Positions 45,740-58,176 of a stretch of 64,000 nucleotides of DNA are shown here, in pieces. Location of the stretch: positions 8,710-72,709 of the forward strand of contig CAWENP010000019.1 of the NCBI GenBank assembly GCA_963810495.1, in the 5' to 3' direction. Numbering within the stretch: position 1 is the stretch's first letter; each line of letters opens with the position of its first letter. A model generated the notes under the pieces. The model saw nothing but the letters and a program-made list of their open reading frames with translations, did not search any database and had not been told where the DNA came from. Source of the stretch: an uncultured delta proteobacterium. Lineage in GTDB: Bacteria > Desulfobacterota > Binatia > Binatales > Binataceae. Position numbers and translations under genes: made by a program.

Positions 45740-48625
45740 ATGCGGCGGCGGGAGAATTTCTTGAGCCTGCGATACCGAATCTTTCGCGCACTGGCGCAGA
45801 TCAGCATAAAGCGGCCCTACCTGGTGCTGCTCTGCGCACTGGCGCTCTCGATCACCTCGATCTTCTACACCAAGGCGCGCCTCGAATTTCATACCGGCCA
45901 GGACGATCTGATCACGCCCAACAGCCGCGCCTCGCGCGACTACCTCGATTACACCCGCGAATTCCCCGACCTTGATGGCCTGGTTATCGTGGTTCGCGCG
46001 GCGCCCGACCCGGCGCGCGCCGAGCACTTCGCCGACGCCCTGGCGGCGCGGCTCAACGCAGACCGCGCGAACGTCAAAACCGTCTTTTATAAAATCGACG
46101 CCGGAGCGTTCGCCGACCGCGCGATGCTCTACATGACCAGCGCCGACCTCGATGCGCTCGCGCAAAAGCTGCGCACCGCCTTTCCGATGCTCGGCGCGTA
46201 CGCGGCCGACTCGAGCTTGGCCGGCTTTTTCGCGATGGTCAATGCGGGAATCGACCGCCAGATGCAGGCCCAGCTGCCCGCTCAAATGCAGAGCCAAATG
46301 CACAGTCGGACGCCTACCGCGATGCGCGCGGGCGGGCGCCGGATGCGTCGCGCGGCCTCGGCGGCCCGTCCGAACACTCCGCCCGGCGTGTCAGCCGCAT
46401 CATCCGTCCCCGCCGCGCCTGCCGCGTTCGACCTCGGCGCGATCGACACGGTGCTGGACGGGATGCTCGCCGACACCGGCGGCGCCAAATACGTCTCGCC
46501 CTGGCAATCGATGATGCAGGCGGACGAGCAGGACAGTGCGCAGGGTCACGGCTACCTGGTCTCGGATAACGGCAAATACCTGCTGCTCCAGGTCGCGCCC
46601 GGCGACGGGGTCAAAGACGGCCCCGATCCGACCGAGGCGATCGAGAGCGATCTGAATGCGGTGCGCGCCGCGTTTCCGGGCGTGATGGCCGGGATGACCG
46701 GCAGCCCGGCGCTGGCGCACGCCGAGGAAACCACTACCGCGCACGACATCGCGCTCGCCTCGCTGATCGCGATCGTGAGCAACGTGCTGCTGCTGGTGAT
46801 CCCATTCACCGCGGTGGTCGAGCCATTGTTTGCGGTGCTGGCGCTGCTGGCCGGCGTGGCTTGGTCGTTCGGCTTCACCACGCTCGCGATCGGTCATCTC
46901 AACCTGCTCTCGGCGGTCTTCACCAGCGTGCTGGCGGGAATTGGGATCAACTTCCCGATCCATCTGATGGCGCGTTACGACGAGGCGCGCCGCCAGGGTT
47001 CAACCTCGGCGCAGGCGGTCGAGTTGGCGGTGATCAACACCGGCACGGGCGTATTCGCCTCGGCCTGTATCATGGCGCTCGCCTTCCTGACCCCGGTGTT
47101 CACCGACTTCCGCGGGATCGCGGAGCTCGGGATCGTTTCGGCGGCCGGATTGTTCCTGTGCCTGGTTTCGGCGCTGCTGGTTTTTCCCGCGCTGGTGGTG
47201 CTGCGGGATCACTATCGCCCCGCCCGCACCCGGCCGCAGCTTGCGCCGCAGACACGCGCCTCGATTCTCGAAGCCGCTTTCCGCCACCCGGCCTTGATCG
47301 TCGTGGGCGCGGTGGCGCTCACCGCCGGCTTGCTCCTGCTCACCAACCGGGTCCACTTCGACCAGAACCTGCTCAAGCTGCAGGCCGAGCAGACCGAGGC
47401 GGTCAGGTTCGAGAACCTCCTGCTCAAAGATTCGGGACGCTCGTCGTGGTTCGCGGTCTCGCTCGCGCCCTCGATGGAAGCGGGTGAAAGGCGCGCGGCG
47501 GCTTTTCGCAAGCTCCCCGTGGTTTCCGACGTCGAGACCATCTCGACCTACATTCCCGAGGACCAGGCGGCCAAGCTCAAGACGCTGCGTGCGCTGAGCG
47601 CGATGCTTGCGCCGATCGAGATGGCGCCGCTGCATCATGCGGGTGACGCCGCGCGGCTCGCGCGCGAGCTCGGCCAGCTGGCGGGCCGCCTGACGCAAAT
47701 GGGGTCCGCCGACACGTCCGGCGCGACGGCTAAAACCGCAGCGCTGGCAGAGACCGCGCTCGATCGGCTCAAGAGCGACCCGGCGGCGTTTGCGGGCTAC
47801 GAGGGCAGCATCAACGCCGATCTGCGCGCGCGCCTGGGCGAGCTCAAACACGGTCTCAAGCCCGGCGTGGTGACGACCGCCAATCTGCCCAAGGTCGTGC
47901 GCGATCGGTTCATCGGAAAGAGCGGACGTTTCCTGGTCCAGATCTATCCGCGCGGCGACGTGTGGGAGGATGCGGCCCTGAGCCGCTTCATCAGCGTGCT
48001 CAAGACCGTCGACGAAGATGTGACCGGGCCGCCGGTGCAGACCTATAACATCGCGACCGTCATGCGTCGCGGCTATGAGCACGCCGCCGTGATGGCGCTG
48101 ATCGCCGTGTTCATTTTCGTCTTCGCCGATTTCCGCAATCTGCGCGACACGGCGCTTGCCACTGTGCCGCTGCTGTTCGGCGGCGCCTGGCTGCTTGAGG
48201 CGATGGGATGGATGGGCTGGGAATTCAACCTGGCCAACCTGTTCGCGGTCCCGATCCTGATCGGCACCGGCGTCGACAACGGCGTGAACATGCTCTACCG
48301 CTGGCGCGAGGAGCGCGACAAATCGGCGCTGATCCTGAGCAAGGCGGTGGGCAAGTCGGTGACCATCTCGTCGCTCACCACGATCGCGGGCTTCGCCGCT
48401 TTGATTCCGGCGGCGCATCGGGGCATCTCGAGCCTCGGATGGGTGTTGAGCCTGGGCGTCACGCTGATCCTGGTCGCGACGCTGGTGGTGCTGCCCGCGA
48501 TGTTCGAGTTGGTGGGACGGCGAATCGATAGCCGCCGCATGCTGCCACCGCCGGCACCCGAATCGATCCCCGAAGAGGAACCGCCGGCTCCGCCCAAGGC
48601 CGCGTCGGGCGGCCTGCGCGGCTGA
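45740..48625 (+). CDS. RND-superfamily MMPL-type exporter (HpnN-like)
   Basis: Two 6-TM bundles separated by large periplasmic loops. ATG 45740 gives MRRRENFLSLRYRIFRALAQISIKRPYLVLL, typical of HpnN/MMPL proteins. Confidence 0.7.
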   Translation: MRRRENFLSLRYRIFRALAQISIKRPYLVLLCALALSITSIFYTKARLEFHTGQDDLITPNSRASRDYLDYTREFPDLDGLVIVVRAAPDPARAEHFADALAARLNADRANVKTVFYKIDAGAFADRAMLYMTSADLDALAQKLRTAFPMLGAYAADSSLAGFFAMVNAGIDRQMQAQLPAQMQSQMHSRTPTAMRAGGRRMRRAASAARPNTPPGVSAASSVPAAPAAFDLGAIDTVLDGMLADTGGAKYVSPWQSMMQADEQDSAQGHGYLVSDNGKYLLLQVAPGDGVKDGPDPTEAIESDLNAVRAAFPGVMAGMTGSPALAHAEETTTAHDIALASLIAIVSNVLLLVIPFTAVVEPLFAVLALLAGVAWSFGFTTLAIGHLNLLSAVFTSVLAGIGINFPIHLMARYDEARRQGSTSAQAVELAVINTGTGVFASACIMALAFLTPVFTDFRGIAELGIVSAAGLFLCLVSALLVFPALVVLRDHYRPARTRPQLAPQTRASILEAAFRHPALIVVGAVALTAGLLLLTNRVHFDQNLLKLQAEQTEAVRFENLLLKDSGRSSWFAVSLAPSMEAGERRAAAFRKLPVVSDVETISTYIPEDQAAKLKTLRALSAMLAPIEMAPLHHAGDAARLARELGQLAGRLTQMGSADTSGATAKTAALAETALDRLKSDPAAFAGYEGSINADLRARLGELKHGLKPGVVTTANLPKVVRDRFIGKSGRFLVQIYPRGDVWEDAALSRFISVLKTVDEDVTGPPVQTYNIATVMRRGYEHAAVMALIAVFIFVFADFRNLRDTALATVPLLFGGAWLLEAMGWMGWEFNLANLFAVPILIGTGVDNGVNMLYRWREERDKSALILSKAVGKSVTISSLTTIAGFAALIPAAHRGISSLGWVLSLGVTLILVATLVVLPAMFELVGRRIDSRRMLPPPAPESIPEEEPPAPPKAASGGLRG

Positions 48626-48638
48626 CCGCCCTAGTCAC

Positions 48639-49880
48639 TCACTGGCGGAGATTGGGATCGACGACTGTTCCGACGAACAATATCGCGCGGGTCTCACGTT
48701 CGGCGATCGCAAAAGCGAAAGGGCGATCGACAATCATCCTGAATGGCTTTCCGCTACCTACGATTGCCGACGTCAAGCGTGCGACAACCGCGGTCGACGC
48801 CGCGGCCTCGGTACCTTTCTCGTCGACTTTCACGTAGGTCTTGTGTTCAACGTCGCTGATATAGATGTGCGACGGCGTGATTCCTGAAAAATCGGCCTCC
48901 TCCTTGTTGAACGCCACACCCATCCCCATCGCTTCCAGCACTGCGTTAAGCTTCTCTCCGTAGCGAACCTCAAACTTCGGCAATACGATCGTGCCGCTCC
49001 TGCTGGCGAGCTTCTTCATCCATTCCGCCCAGTGTGACTGATCGAAAGATTTGAGAAGCTGCCCCAGACCGCCCCTTGCCCGCGGCAGGAATACATACAT
49101 CGCAAACTGTCCATTTCCATAGGGCAGACGAATTCCCTGAAAATCATTGGTTTCGAGGTATGAATAAAATCCGTCCTGCTCCATCATCGGCGTCGTCGCC
49201 GATTTTCCGTCCGGTCCAAAAAACGCACGGGGCTTGCTCTCCTGCGGGTCGAATACTTCACTCCAACCGCCCTTGAAATAGACCGCGTCCGTAAGCACGA
49301 GCGCCGTGTCGGTTTCGAGGCGGTCCACGATCGATGGAATCTTGCCTTGCGTATTCCGGCTGACCCACGCGTTGATCATCTCGGTGGCGCGCAGCGGATC
49401 ACCCGCGAAATCAAGGCTGCGCACGGCGGCGCCGTAGTAGCCCTTGGTCAGGGCGACGAACTGCGGGGCGACCGCGAGGTCCTTTTGCAACCACAGCGCA
49501 TTAGCGATTTCGAGCCGCGCATCGGGATCGGCCTTGTGCAGCGCTTCAAGCAACTGGCGGTTTGAAGCATTGAGCTGTGAAACATCGATCGCGCCGATCC
49601 CCAGCGTCCGCGCCATCGCCGTCTTCGTGCTTCCCCGCGCGCCGTTATAAGTCATCGTCAGCGCCTGGGAGACGCTGAGCGGCGAGACGATAAGGTTGGT
49701 CGCAGTCCCGTTCGCGTTCAGCGCGCGAAGCAGGCGAAAACCGAAATCGTTGTCAGCCACCGCCACCGCGGCCGTCGGAGCCTCTTCGGCAGCGTTCACC
49801 TCACGTGCCGTGCTGCCGCACCAACCGGCCGTCGACCATACAAGGACGGCCAGGAGCATCAACTTCGACGATGTCCCCAT
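48639..49880 (-). CDS. secreted serpin (serine protease inhibitor family)
   Basis: ATG 49880 gives a signal peptide (MGTSSKLMLLAVLVWSTAGWCGS). NLIVSPLSVSQAL, hinge EKGTEAAASTAVV, C-terminal MIVDRPFAFAI. Confidence 0.85.
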   Translation of the reverse strand: MGTSSKLMLLAVLVWSTAGWCGSTAREVNAAEEAPTAAVAVADNDFGFRLLRALNANGTATNLIVSPLSVSQALTMTYNGARGSTKTAMARTLGIGAIDVSQLNASNRQLLEALHKADPDARLEIANALWLQKDLAVAPQFVALTKGYYGAAVRSLDFAGDPLRATEMINAWVSRNTQGKIPSIVDRLETDTALVLTDAVYFKGGWSEVFDPQESKPRAFFGPDGKSATTPMMEQDGFYSYLETNDFQGIRLPYGNGQFAMYVFLPRARGGLGQLLKSFDQSHWAEWMKKLASRSGTIVLPKFEVRYGEKLNAVLEAMGMGVAFNKEEADFSGITPSHIYISDVEHKTYVKVDEKGTEAAASTAVVARLTSAIVGSGKPFRMIVDRPFAFAIAERETRAILFVGTVVDPNLRQ

Positions 49881-49924
49881 CCTCGAAACCTCGTTTCCGG
49901 CCCTTTTCGGTTCGCTGTGGCGCG

Positions 49925-50257
49925 TTAGCCGGTAATTGGCTTTTCCGGCTCGGCCACGCAGTGCGCGCAGCGGCAGTTCGCGCGCAACTGGACAGTGGTG
50001 TAGAGCGTCTCGTGACCGTCGACCCATCCGAGGAACACGCCCTGCTCGCCCAGGCGCGACAGCTGCGAAAGCCGCTGGCTCGCGGGCGGAATCTCACCCG
50101 CGATTGCGCCGCCGCACGCGACGCATGGGCATCCGCGGCGCAGGCTCTCCAGAGGATAGATGCTGTCGTGCCCGTCGGCCCATCGCACGCCGATGGCATA
50201 GCGGCCGACTTCGTTGAGCGCGGCGATGCGAGGCGTCTTTGACTTGTTCAAGGGCAT
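49925..50257 (-). CDS. DUF971 (gamma-butyrobetaine hydroxylase-like N-terminal domain) protein
   Basis: Two repeats of W.DGH...Y....LR..CPC..C (RWADGHDSIYPLESLRRGCPCVAC and GWVDGHETLYTTVQLRANCRCAHC). Confidence 0.6.
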   Translation of the reverse strand: MPLNKSKTPRIAALNEVGRYAIGVRWADGHDSIYPLESLRRGCPCVACGGAIAGEIPPASQRLSQLSRLGEQGVFLGWVDGHETLYTTVQLRANCRCAHCVAEPEKPITG

Positions 50258-50366
50258 TGATGCACTCTTTTGTTGAACAACAACTATAGCATTGCGCGGC
50301 CGCCGCACGCCCACCCGGCGCGGACGCGCCATCGATGGAGGCCGGAGATCCCCGCGGAGAAAACTC

Positions 50367-50843
50367 ATGGACGAGAATGCAAAAAAGAAAGCTCTGCTGA
50401 TGATCCCTTACGGACTGTTCGTGCTCGGCGCGCGCGCTGGCGACAAGCAGACCGTCGCAACCGTTAACTGGCTCACCCAGGCGAGCTTCAAGCCGCCGCT
50501 GGTGGTGGTCGGGATCAAGGCCGACTCGACCGCGCATGCGCTGGTCAAGGAGTCCAAAATTTTCACGCTCTCGATGCTCGGTGCGGGGCAGAAATCGATC
50601 GGCACCGCGTTCTTCAAACACGTCGAGCCCAAGGACGGCAAGTTCGGCAACTACGCCTTCGAGGCGGGAAAGAACGGCGCACCGATCATCAGCGAGGCGC
50701 CGGCCGCGGTCGAGTGCAAGGTGGTCGGCTTCCACGAGCTTGGCGACCATAGCGTGGTGATCGGCGAGGTCACCGAGGGCCATCTCAAGCGCGAGTCCGA
50801 GCCGCTGACGCTGAAGGAGTGCGGCTTCAACTACGGCGGCTGA
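50367..50843 (+). CDS. flavin reductase-like (FMN-binding split barrel) protein
   Basis: GGAGA RBS before ATG 50367. ATVNWLTQASFKPPLVVVGI, DHSVVIGEV. Confidence 0.7.
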   Translation: MDENAKKKALLMIPYGLFVLGARAGDKQTVATVNWLTQASFKPPLVVVGIKADSTAHALVKESKIFTLSMLGAGQKSIGTAFFKHVEPKDGKFGNYAFEAGKNGAPIISEAPAAVECKVVGFHELGDHSVVIGEVTEGHLKRESEPLTLKECGFNYGG

Positions 50844-50866
50844 TTCGCCCGCGGCGCGATCGGAAC

Positions 50867-51922
50867 GTGGCCATCAAGAAGGTCGTGGTGCTGCCCGGCG
50901 ACGACGCCGCGCCGGAGACGGTCGGTGCGGCGATGGAAGTCCTGCGCGCGCTGGGGCCGGATATCGAGTACGTCGAATTCCCGCCTGGCGAGCAGTGGGT
51001 GCGGAGCAAGACCGCGATCGACGCGCGCGCGGCGATCGACGCCTCTGATTCCACGCTGTTCGGCTCGACTTCAGGCAAGACCGGCGGGATTTTCTACCTG
51101 CGCTGGGGCAAGGATACCTACGCCAACGTGCGGCCCGCGCGTTACATCCCGGGCGCGCGCAGCCCACTCAAGCATCCCGAGGGTATCGACTACGTAATCG
51201 TGCGCGAGAACCTCGAGGACCTTTATCTCGGCCTGGAGGGGCCGCTGGAAGTCCTGAGTCCGCTCAAGCTGCACAGCCGCATCACGCGGGCCGCGCTCGA
51301 CACCTCGATGCCCGGAAAGTTTGCGATCAAGATCATCACCGAGCGCAACAGCAAGCGGATCGCGGAATTCGCGTTTAAGCTCGCGCGCAAGCGCAAGGCG
51401 GCGGGCGGCAAGGGCAAGGTCACCGCGACCTCGAAGTACAACATGCTGCGCGAATCCGACGAGTTGTTCCGCCGTATCGCCGAGGACATCTCGTCCGGGT
51501 ATCCGGATATCGCGTACGAACAATTCATCATCGACGATTTCGCGCGCCGCGTGGTGCAAAGCCCGCACGATCTCGATGTGGTCGTAATGCCGAACCTCTA
51601 CGGCGACATCATGTCTGACGCCGCGGCGGGCACACTGGGCGGACTCGGCCTCGCGCCGAGCGGATGCTACGGCACCGACTACGCCTACTTCGAGTCGGTA
51701 CACGGAACCGCGCCAGACATCGTGGGACAGAACATTATCAATCCGACCGCGACGATGCTCTCGGCCGCGATGATGCTTGAGTACCTCGGCTTCACCGCGG
51801 AATCGCGGCGCTTCGAGAGCGCCGTGCGCAAGGTCTACGCCGAGGGCCGCGTGCTCACGCCCGACCAGGGCGGACGCTCGAGCACCACGGAGTTCACGCG
51901 CGCGGTTCTGGCGAATCTGTAG
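50867..51922 (+). CDS. isocitrate/isopropylmalate dehydrogenase family protein
   Basis: GTG 50867. VVLPGDDAAPE, VRENLEDLY, NLYGDIMSDAAAG, HGTAPDI. Confidence 0.8.
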   Translation: MAIKKVVVLPGDDAAPETVGAAMEVLRALGPDIEYVEFPPGEQWVRSKTAIDARAAIDASDSTLFGSTSGKTGGIFYLRWGKDTYANVRPARYIPGARSPLKHPEGIDYVIVRENLEDLYLGLEGPLEVLSPLKLHSRITRAALDTSMPGKFAIKIITERNSKRIAEFAFKLARKRKAAGGKGKVTATSKYNMLRESDELFRRIAEDISSGYPDIAYEQFIIDDFARRVVQSPHDLDVVVMPNLYGDIMSDAAAGTLGGLGLAPSGCYGTDYAYFESVHGTAPDIVGQNIINPTATMLSAAMMLEYLGFTAESRRFESAVRKVYAEGRVLTPDQGGRSSTTEFTRAVLANL

Positions 51923-52129
51923 CGTCGCACTATTTATGAATCGGACGCTCGCGGCGAGCGCCCGACAGAATCGACCCCCACCCGCCGGCCGAGGGGGCCG
52001 ACGCCCTCCCCAGGACAATATGGGGAGGGACAAGAATGACGGACGGCCGTTCGCGACGGCCCTCACAAAATCACTTGTTCTGGTGTAGGGGTTGCTCGTG
52101 AGCGCCCTCTGAAAAACGCAAACTGCACT

Positions 52130-53050
52130 TCAATAGAAACGCTGCTCGCCGGGCGGGCGCGTTTTCCATCGCCGATGGATCCAGTTCCAGTGATCCGGAT
52201 AGCGCCGCACCATGTCTTCGATAGTCCTGGTGTAGCGCTGCGTATTGAGCAGCATCGATTCCTCGCGGTCGGCGCCGCGGATCGTCTCGATCGGCTCCAT
52301 GCATTCGATGAAGTGACGGCTGCTCGTGCCGTCGCGCACGGCAAAGACCGGCACCACCGGTACGCCGGTCGCGATCGCAAGCCGCGCCAACCCGTCGCTG
52401 GTCGAGGCCTTGAGCGAGAAGAAATCAACGAACACGCCCTGGCGCACGTCGAGGTCGAGCGGCATCCCGACAATCCAGTTCTGCCGGAGCAGACGCAGCA
52501 CCTCGCGTCCGGCGCCCTTGCGCGGTATGACGCGGTTGCCGAAACGGTTGCGCGCCGCGCATACCGCGGCGTCGATGAGCGGGTTGCGCAGCGGGCGATG
52601 AACGATCGCCACCCGATGGCCGTAAATCGAGTGCGCCAGGATCATCAACTCCCAGTTGCCGAAATGGCCGGTCAGGATGAGGCCGCCGCGGCCGCGCGAC
52701 AGTTCCTCACCCCGCTGCCAGTTCTCCATCCCGCGATAGGTGGCGAAGCGCTCGATATTGTCCGGCCCCAGGCTGGAAAAATGCATCCACTCCGCCAGCG
52801 TCCGGCCCCAATTCTCATAGGTATTCCGCAGAATGCGCATCCGCTCGGTCCGGCTTCGCGCGGGAAAAGCGATCTCCAGATTGCGCATTGCGATTGGCCG
52901 GTCGAAACGATCGAGCCGCATCGCGAGCGCCCCCAGGCGCGCGCCCGCGCGGATGGCGCGTTCGCGCTCCATCGCGGCGAGCGGCGCGACGAGCGCGCCG
53001 ATCGCTGCATACTCCAGCCGCGCGCGTAGAGGACCAGTCTGCCGAGCCAT
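52130..53050 (-). CDS. lipid A biosynthesis (Kdo2-lipid IVA) acyltransferase family, LpxL/HtrB-like
   Basis: HX4D-type LTGHFGNWEL, YPDHWNWIHRRWK C-terminus. Confidence 0.75.
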   Translation of the reverse strand: MARQTGPLRARLEYAAIGALVAPLAAMERERAIRAGARLGALAMRLDRFDRPIAMRNLEIAFPARSRTERMRILRNTYENWGRTLAEWMHFSSLGPDNIERFATYRGMENWQRGEELSRGRGGLILTGHFGNWELMILAHSIYGHRVAIVHRPLRNPLIDAAVCAARNRFGNRVIPRKGAGREVLRLLRQNWIVGMPLDLDVRQGVFVDFFSLKASTSDGLARLAIATGVPVVPVFAVRDGTSSRHFIECMEPIETIRGADREESMLLNTQRYTRTIEDMVRRYPDHWNWIHRRWKTRPPGEQRFY

Positions 53051-53138
53051 CGCGGCATCGAGGGTTCCAGAGCGGGGGCAGGCGCGCAAGCGCCCGCCCC
53101 CGCTCGGTGCGTCAGCCGCGCGCGCGGCTGACGCGCAC

Positions 53139-55790
<2,652 letters not shown>

Positions 55791-56034
55791 TTGGATACCC
55801 CTCGGCGAAGACTCTGGGCCTTTATAGCGGTCGGACCATGGCACCGCAACTAGGCCCCTGTTTGCAAAACTGTTAAGCCTCGATGACTATTAAAAGAGGC
55901 CCTCATCGATTTTGCACGGCCATCTTTAAACGACTTTTGATGACCATTCTGACCAGGATGCCCACCCCGATTCCTGCCGCGTGGCACGCGCCCCAGCCGC
56001 TCCTGGGCGCGAACGTCTCTGAAAACGGCCAGCG

Positions 56035-57315
56035 GTGCGCTTCGAATTCCTGATAGGCCTGCGCTATCTGCGCGCGCGCCGACGCGAGCGCTTCGTCTCG
56101 CTCATCGCGATCATTTCGCTGGCCGGCGTGGCGCTCGGCACTTTCGCGCTGACCGTGGTGCTGTCCGTGATGAGCGGTTTTCAGGAGGACTTGCGCCAGC
56201 GCCTACTCGCTTTCAACCCACACGTCACTGTGGAAAGTTCCAACGCCGCGGCCTTCGACCCGGCTCCGCTGATGAGGCGAATCACCGCGCTCGCCGGAGT
56301 CGAGGCGGCAGCACCCTATGTTTCCTCGCAGGTGATGGCGGTTTCGACCAACGCCGAGGGAGTGCCGGCCTACGTGGCGGGCGGCGTGCTGCGCGGGGTG
56401 GTGGCGGCGAATAACCCGGTGCTGACCGAGCTCAAACAGACGCTGATGGTGGGCGGCCTCGATGCGCTGGAGCGGACCTATCCGGCCACCGTCGCCGACA
56501 ACGGCGCCAAGCGAAGCGTAAATCTTCCCGGCGCGATTATCGGCGACTCGCTCGCACTGGAGTTGGGGATCCGCGCGGGCGACCCGATAGTGCTCATCTC
56601 GCCCGCCAGCCTGGGCAGCGGAATCGGCGCGCCGCGGCTTCGGCGCTTCGTCGTCGGCGGGCTGTTTCATTCGGGGATGTACCAGTTCGATTCCTCGCTG
56701 ATCTTCGTTTCGCTCAAGGACGCCCGCGCCCTGCTCGCCGACGATCCGCAACTCGAAAGCGGCCTGGAGGTGCGGGTGCGCAACCTGTTCGACGCGCCCG
56801 CGATCGGGGCCCGCATCGCGAGCCTCGCTGGCAGCGGCTTCACGGTGACCGACTGGACGCAGGCCAACGCGGCGCTGTTTTCGGCACTCAAGCTGGAGAA
56901 GTTCACTTACTTCCTGGTGCTGATGCTGATCGTGCTGGTGGCGGCGTTCAATATCGTGGCCACGCTGGTGATGGTGGTGATGGAGCGGCGCAAGGAGATA
57001 GCGATTCTGCGCACGATGGGGGCGCGAGCCGGCTCGGTCGCGGCAATTTTTCTATGTGAGGGCGCCGCGCTGGGCTTCACCGGCACGGCCATCGGCGTGC
57101 TCGGCGGCTTCGTGACCTCGTTCCTTATCGGCAAGTATCACTTGATTCATCTGCCGGCCGACCTGTTCATGGTAAGCGCGGTGCCAGTGCGCTTGTACCC
57201 GGTAAACTTCCTCGCCGTGGCGGCGGTCGCCGTGGTGCTTTGCCTGGGCGCGTCGCTTTACCCGGCCTTCAAGGCGCGCACACTCTCACCGGTCGAGATC
57301 ATCCGGTATGAATGA
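56035..57315 (+). CDS. lolC: lipoprotein-releasing ABC transporter permease (LolC/LolE family)
   Basis: FEFLIGLRYLRARRRERF, MacB-like periplasmic domain, C-terminal FtsX domain. Confidence 0.85.
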   Translation: MRFEFLIGLRYLRARRRERFVSLIAIISLAGVALGTFALTVVLSVMSGFQEDLRQRLLAFNPHVTVESSNAAAFDPAPLMRRITALAGVEAAAPYVSSQVMAVSTNAEGVPAYVAGGVLRGVVAANNPVLTELKQTLMVGGLDALERTYPATVADNGAKRSVNLPGAIIGDSLALELGIRAGDPIVLISPASLGSGIGAPRLRRFVVGGLFHSGMYQFDSSLIFVSLKDARALLADDPQLESGLEVRVRNLFDAPAIGARIASLAGSGFTVTDWTQANAALFSALKLEKFTYFLVLMLIVLVAAFNIVATLVMVVMERRKEIAILRTMGARAGSVAAIFLCEGAALGFTGTAIGVLGGFVTSFLIGKYHLIHLPADLFMVSAVPVRLYPVNFLAVAAVAVVLCLGASLYPAFKARTLSPVEIIRYE

Positions 57316-58066
57316 GCGCGGCGGATCGTCCACGACAGCGGCCCCGACAAGTTCCGCGGCGCCGGTCGCGGCCGCGGGCGGCTCGGAGCTATTGCTGCGG
57401 GCCGCGGCGCTGGACAAGAGCTTCTTCGACGCTGGCCGTGAAGTCCGCGTGCTCCGCGGGCTCGAGCTGGAGGTCAAGGCGAGCGAGGAAATCGCAATCG
57501 TGGGGCAGTCGGGCACGGGAAAATCGACTCTGCTCCACGTGCTTGGAAGCCTCGAGACGCCCACCGCGGGCAAGGTCTACTTCGAGGGTCAGGACCTGTT
57601 CGCGCTCGGCGAGCGCGCGTTGGCCGAGTTTCGCAACCTCAAGCTCGGCTTCGTTTTCCAGTTCCACTACCTGCTCGCCGATTTCACCGCGCTTGAGAAC
57701 GTGATGATGCCGGCGCTGATCGCGCGGATGGCCGAGCGCGAGGCCGCGCGGCGCGCGGGCGAGGTGCTGGAACTGGTGGGGCTCGCCGACAAGCTTCATC
57801 GGCGGCCAGCCGAGCTTTCCGGCGGCGAGCAGCAGCGCGTCGCGGTGGCGCGCGCGGTGGTATTGCATCCGCGCCTGGTGCTGGCTGACGAACCCACCGG
57901 CAATCTCGATCCGCAGACCGCCGACGAAATTCATCAACTATTCCATCTGCTTAACCGCGAACTCGGCATCACGCTGGTGATCGCGACCCACAACGAATCG
58001 CTGATGCGTTCGTTGGGCCGCGCGCTGAGGATGCGCGACGGACATCTGATCGAGGAACGCGGCTAG
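57308..58066 (+). CDS. lolD: lipoprotein-releasing ABC transporter ATP-binding protein
   Basis: [34 protein letters not shown]. 8-nt overlap with lolC. Confidence 0.85.
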   Translation: MNERGGSSTTAAPTSSAAPVAAAGGSELLLRAAALDKSFFDAGREVRVLRGLELEVKASEEIAIVGQSGTGKSTLLHVLGSLETPTAGKVYFEGQDLFALGERALAEFRNLKLGFVFQFHYLLADFTALENVMMPALIARMAEREAARRAGEVLELVGLADKLHRRPAELSGGEQQRVAVARAVVLHPRLVLADEPTGNLDPQTADEIHQLFHLLNRELGITLVIATHNESLMRSLGRALRMRDGHLIEERG

Positions 58067-58176
58067 CAGGCGACGACGCGCCGGTGCACATCCAACCGCG
58101 CGCCGAGCCGGCATTTGGTTTACTTCACAGTAGCGATTGGTTAGCTTGGTCGCGCCTCGCACAGATGGGAAGGTGA

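Noticed and set aside
55982-55997. TGGCAC hexamer upstream of lolC that might be a sigma54 -24 element
   Set aside because: The downstream GC dinucleotide is one position out of register (TGGCACGCGCCCCAGC), there is no TTGC-like -12 element, and no activator gene is nearby.
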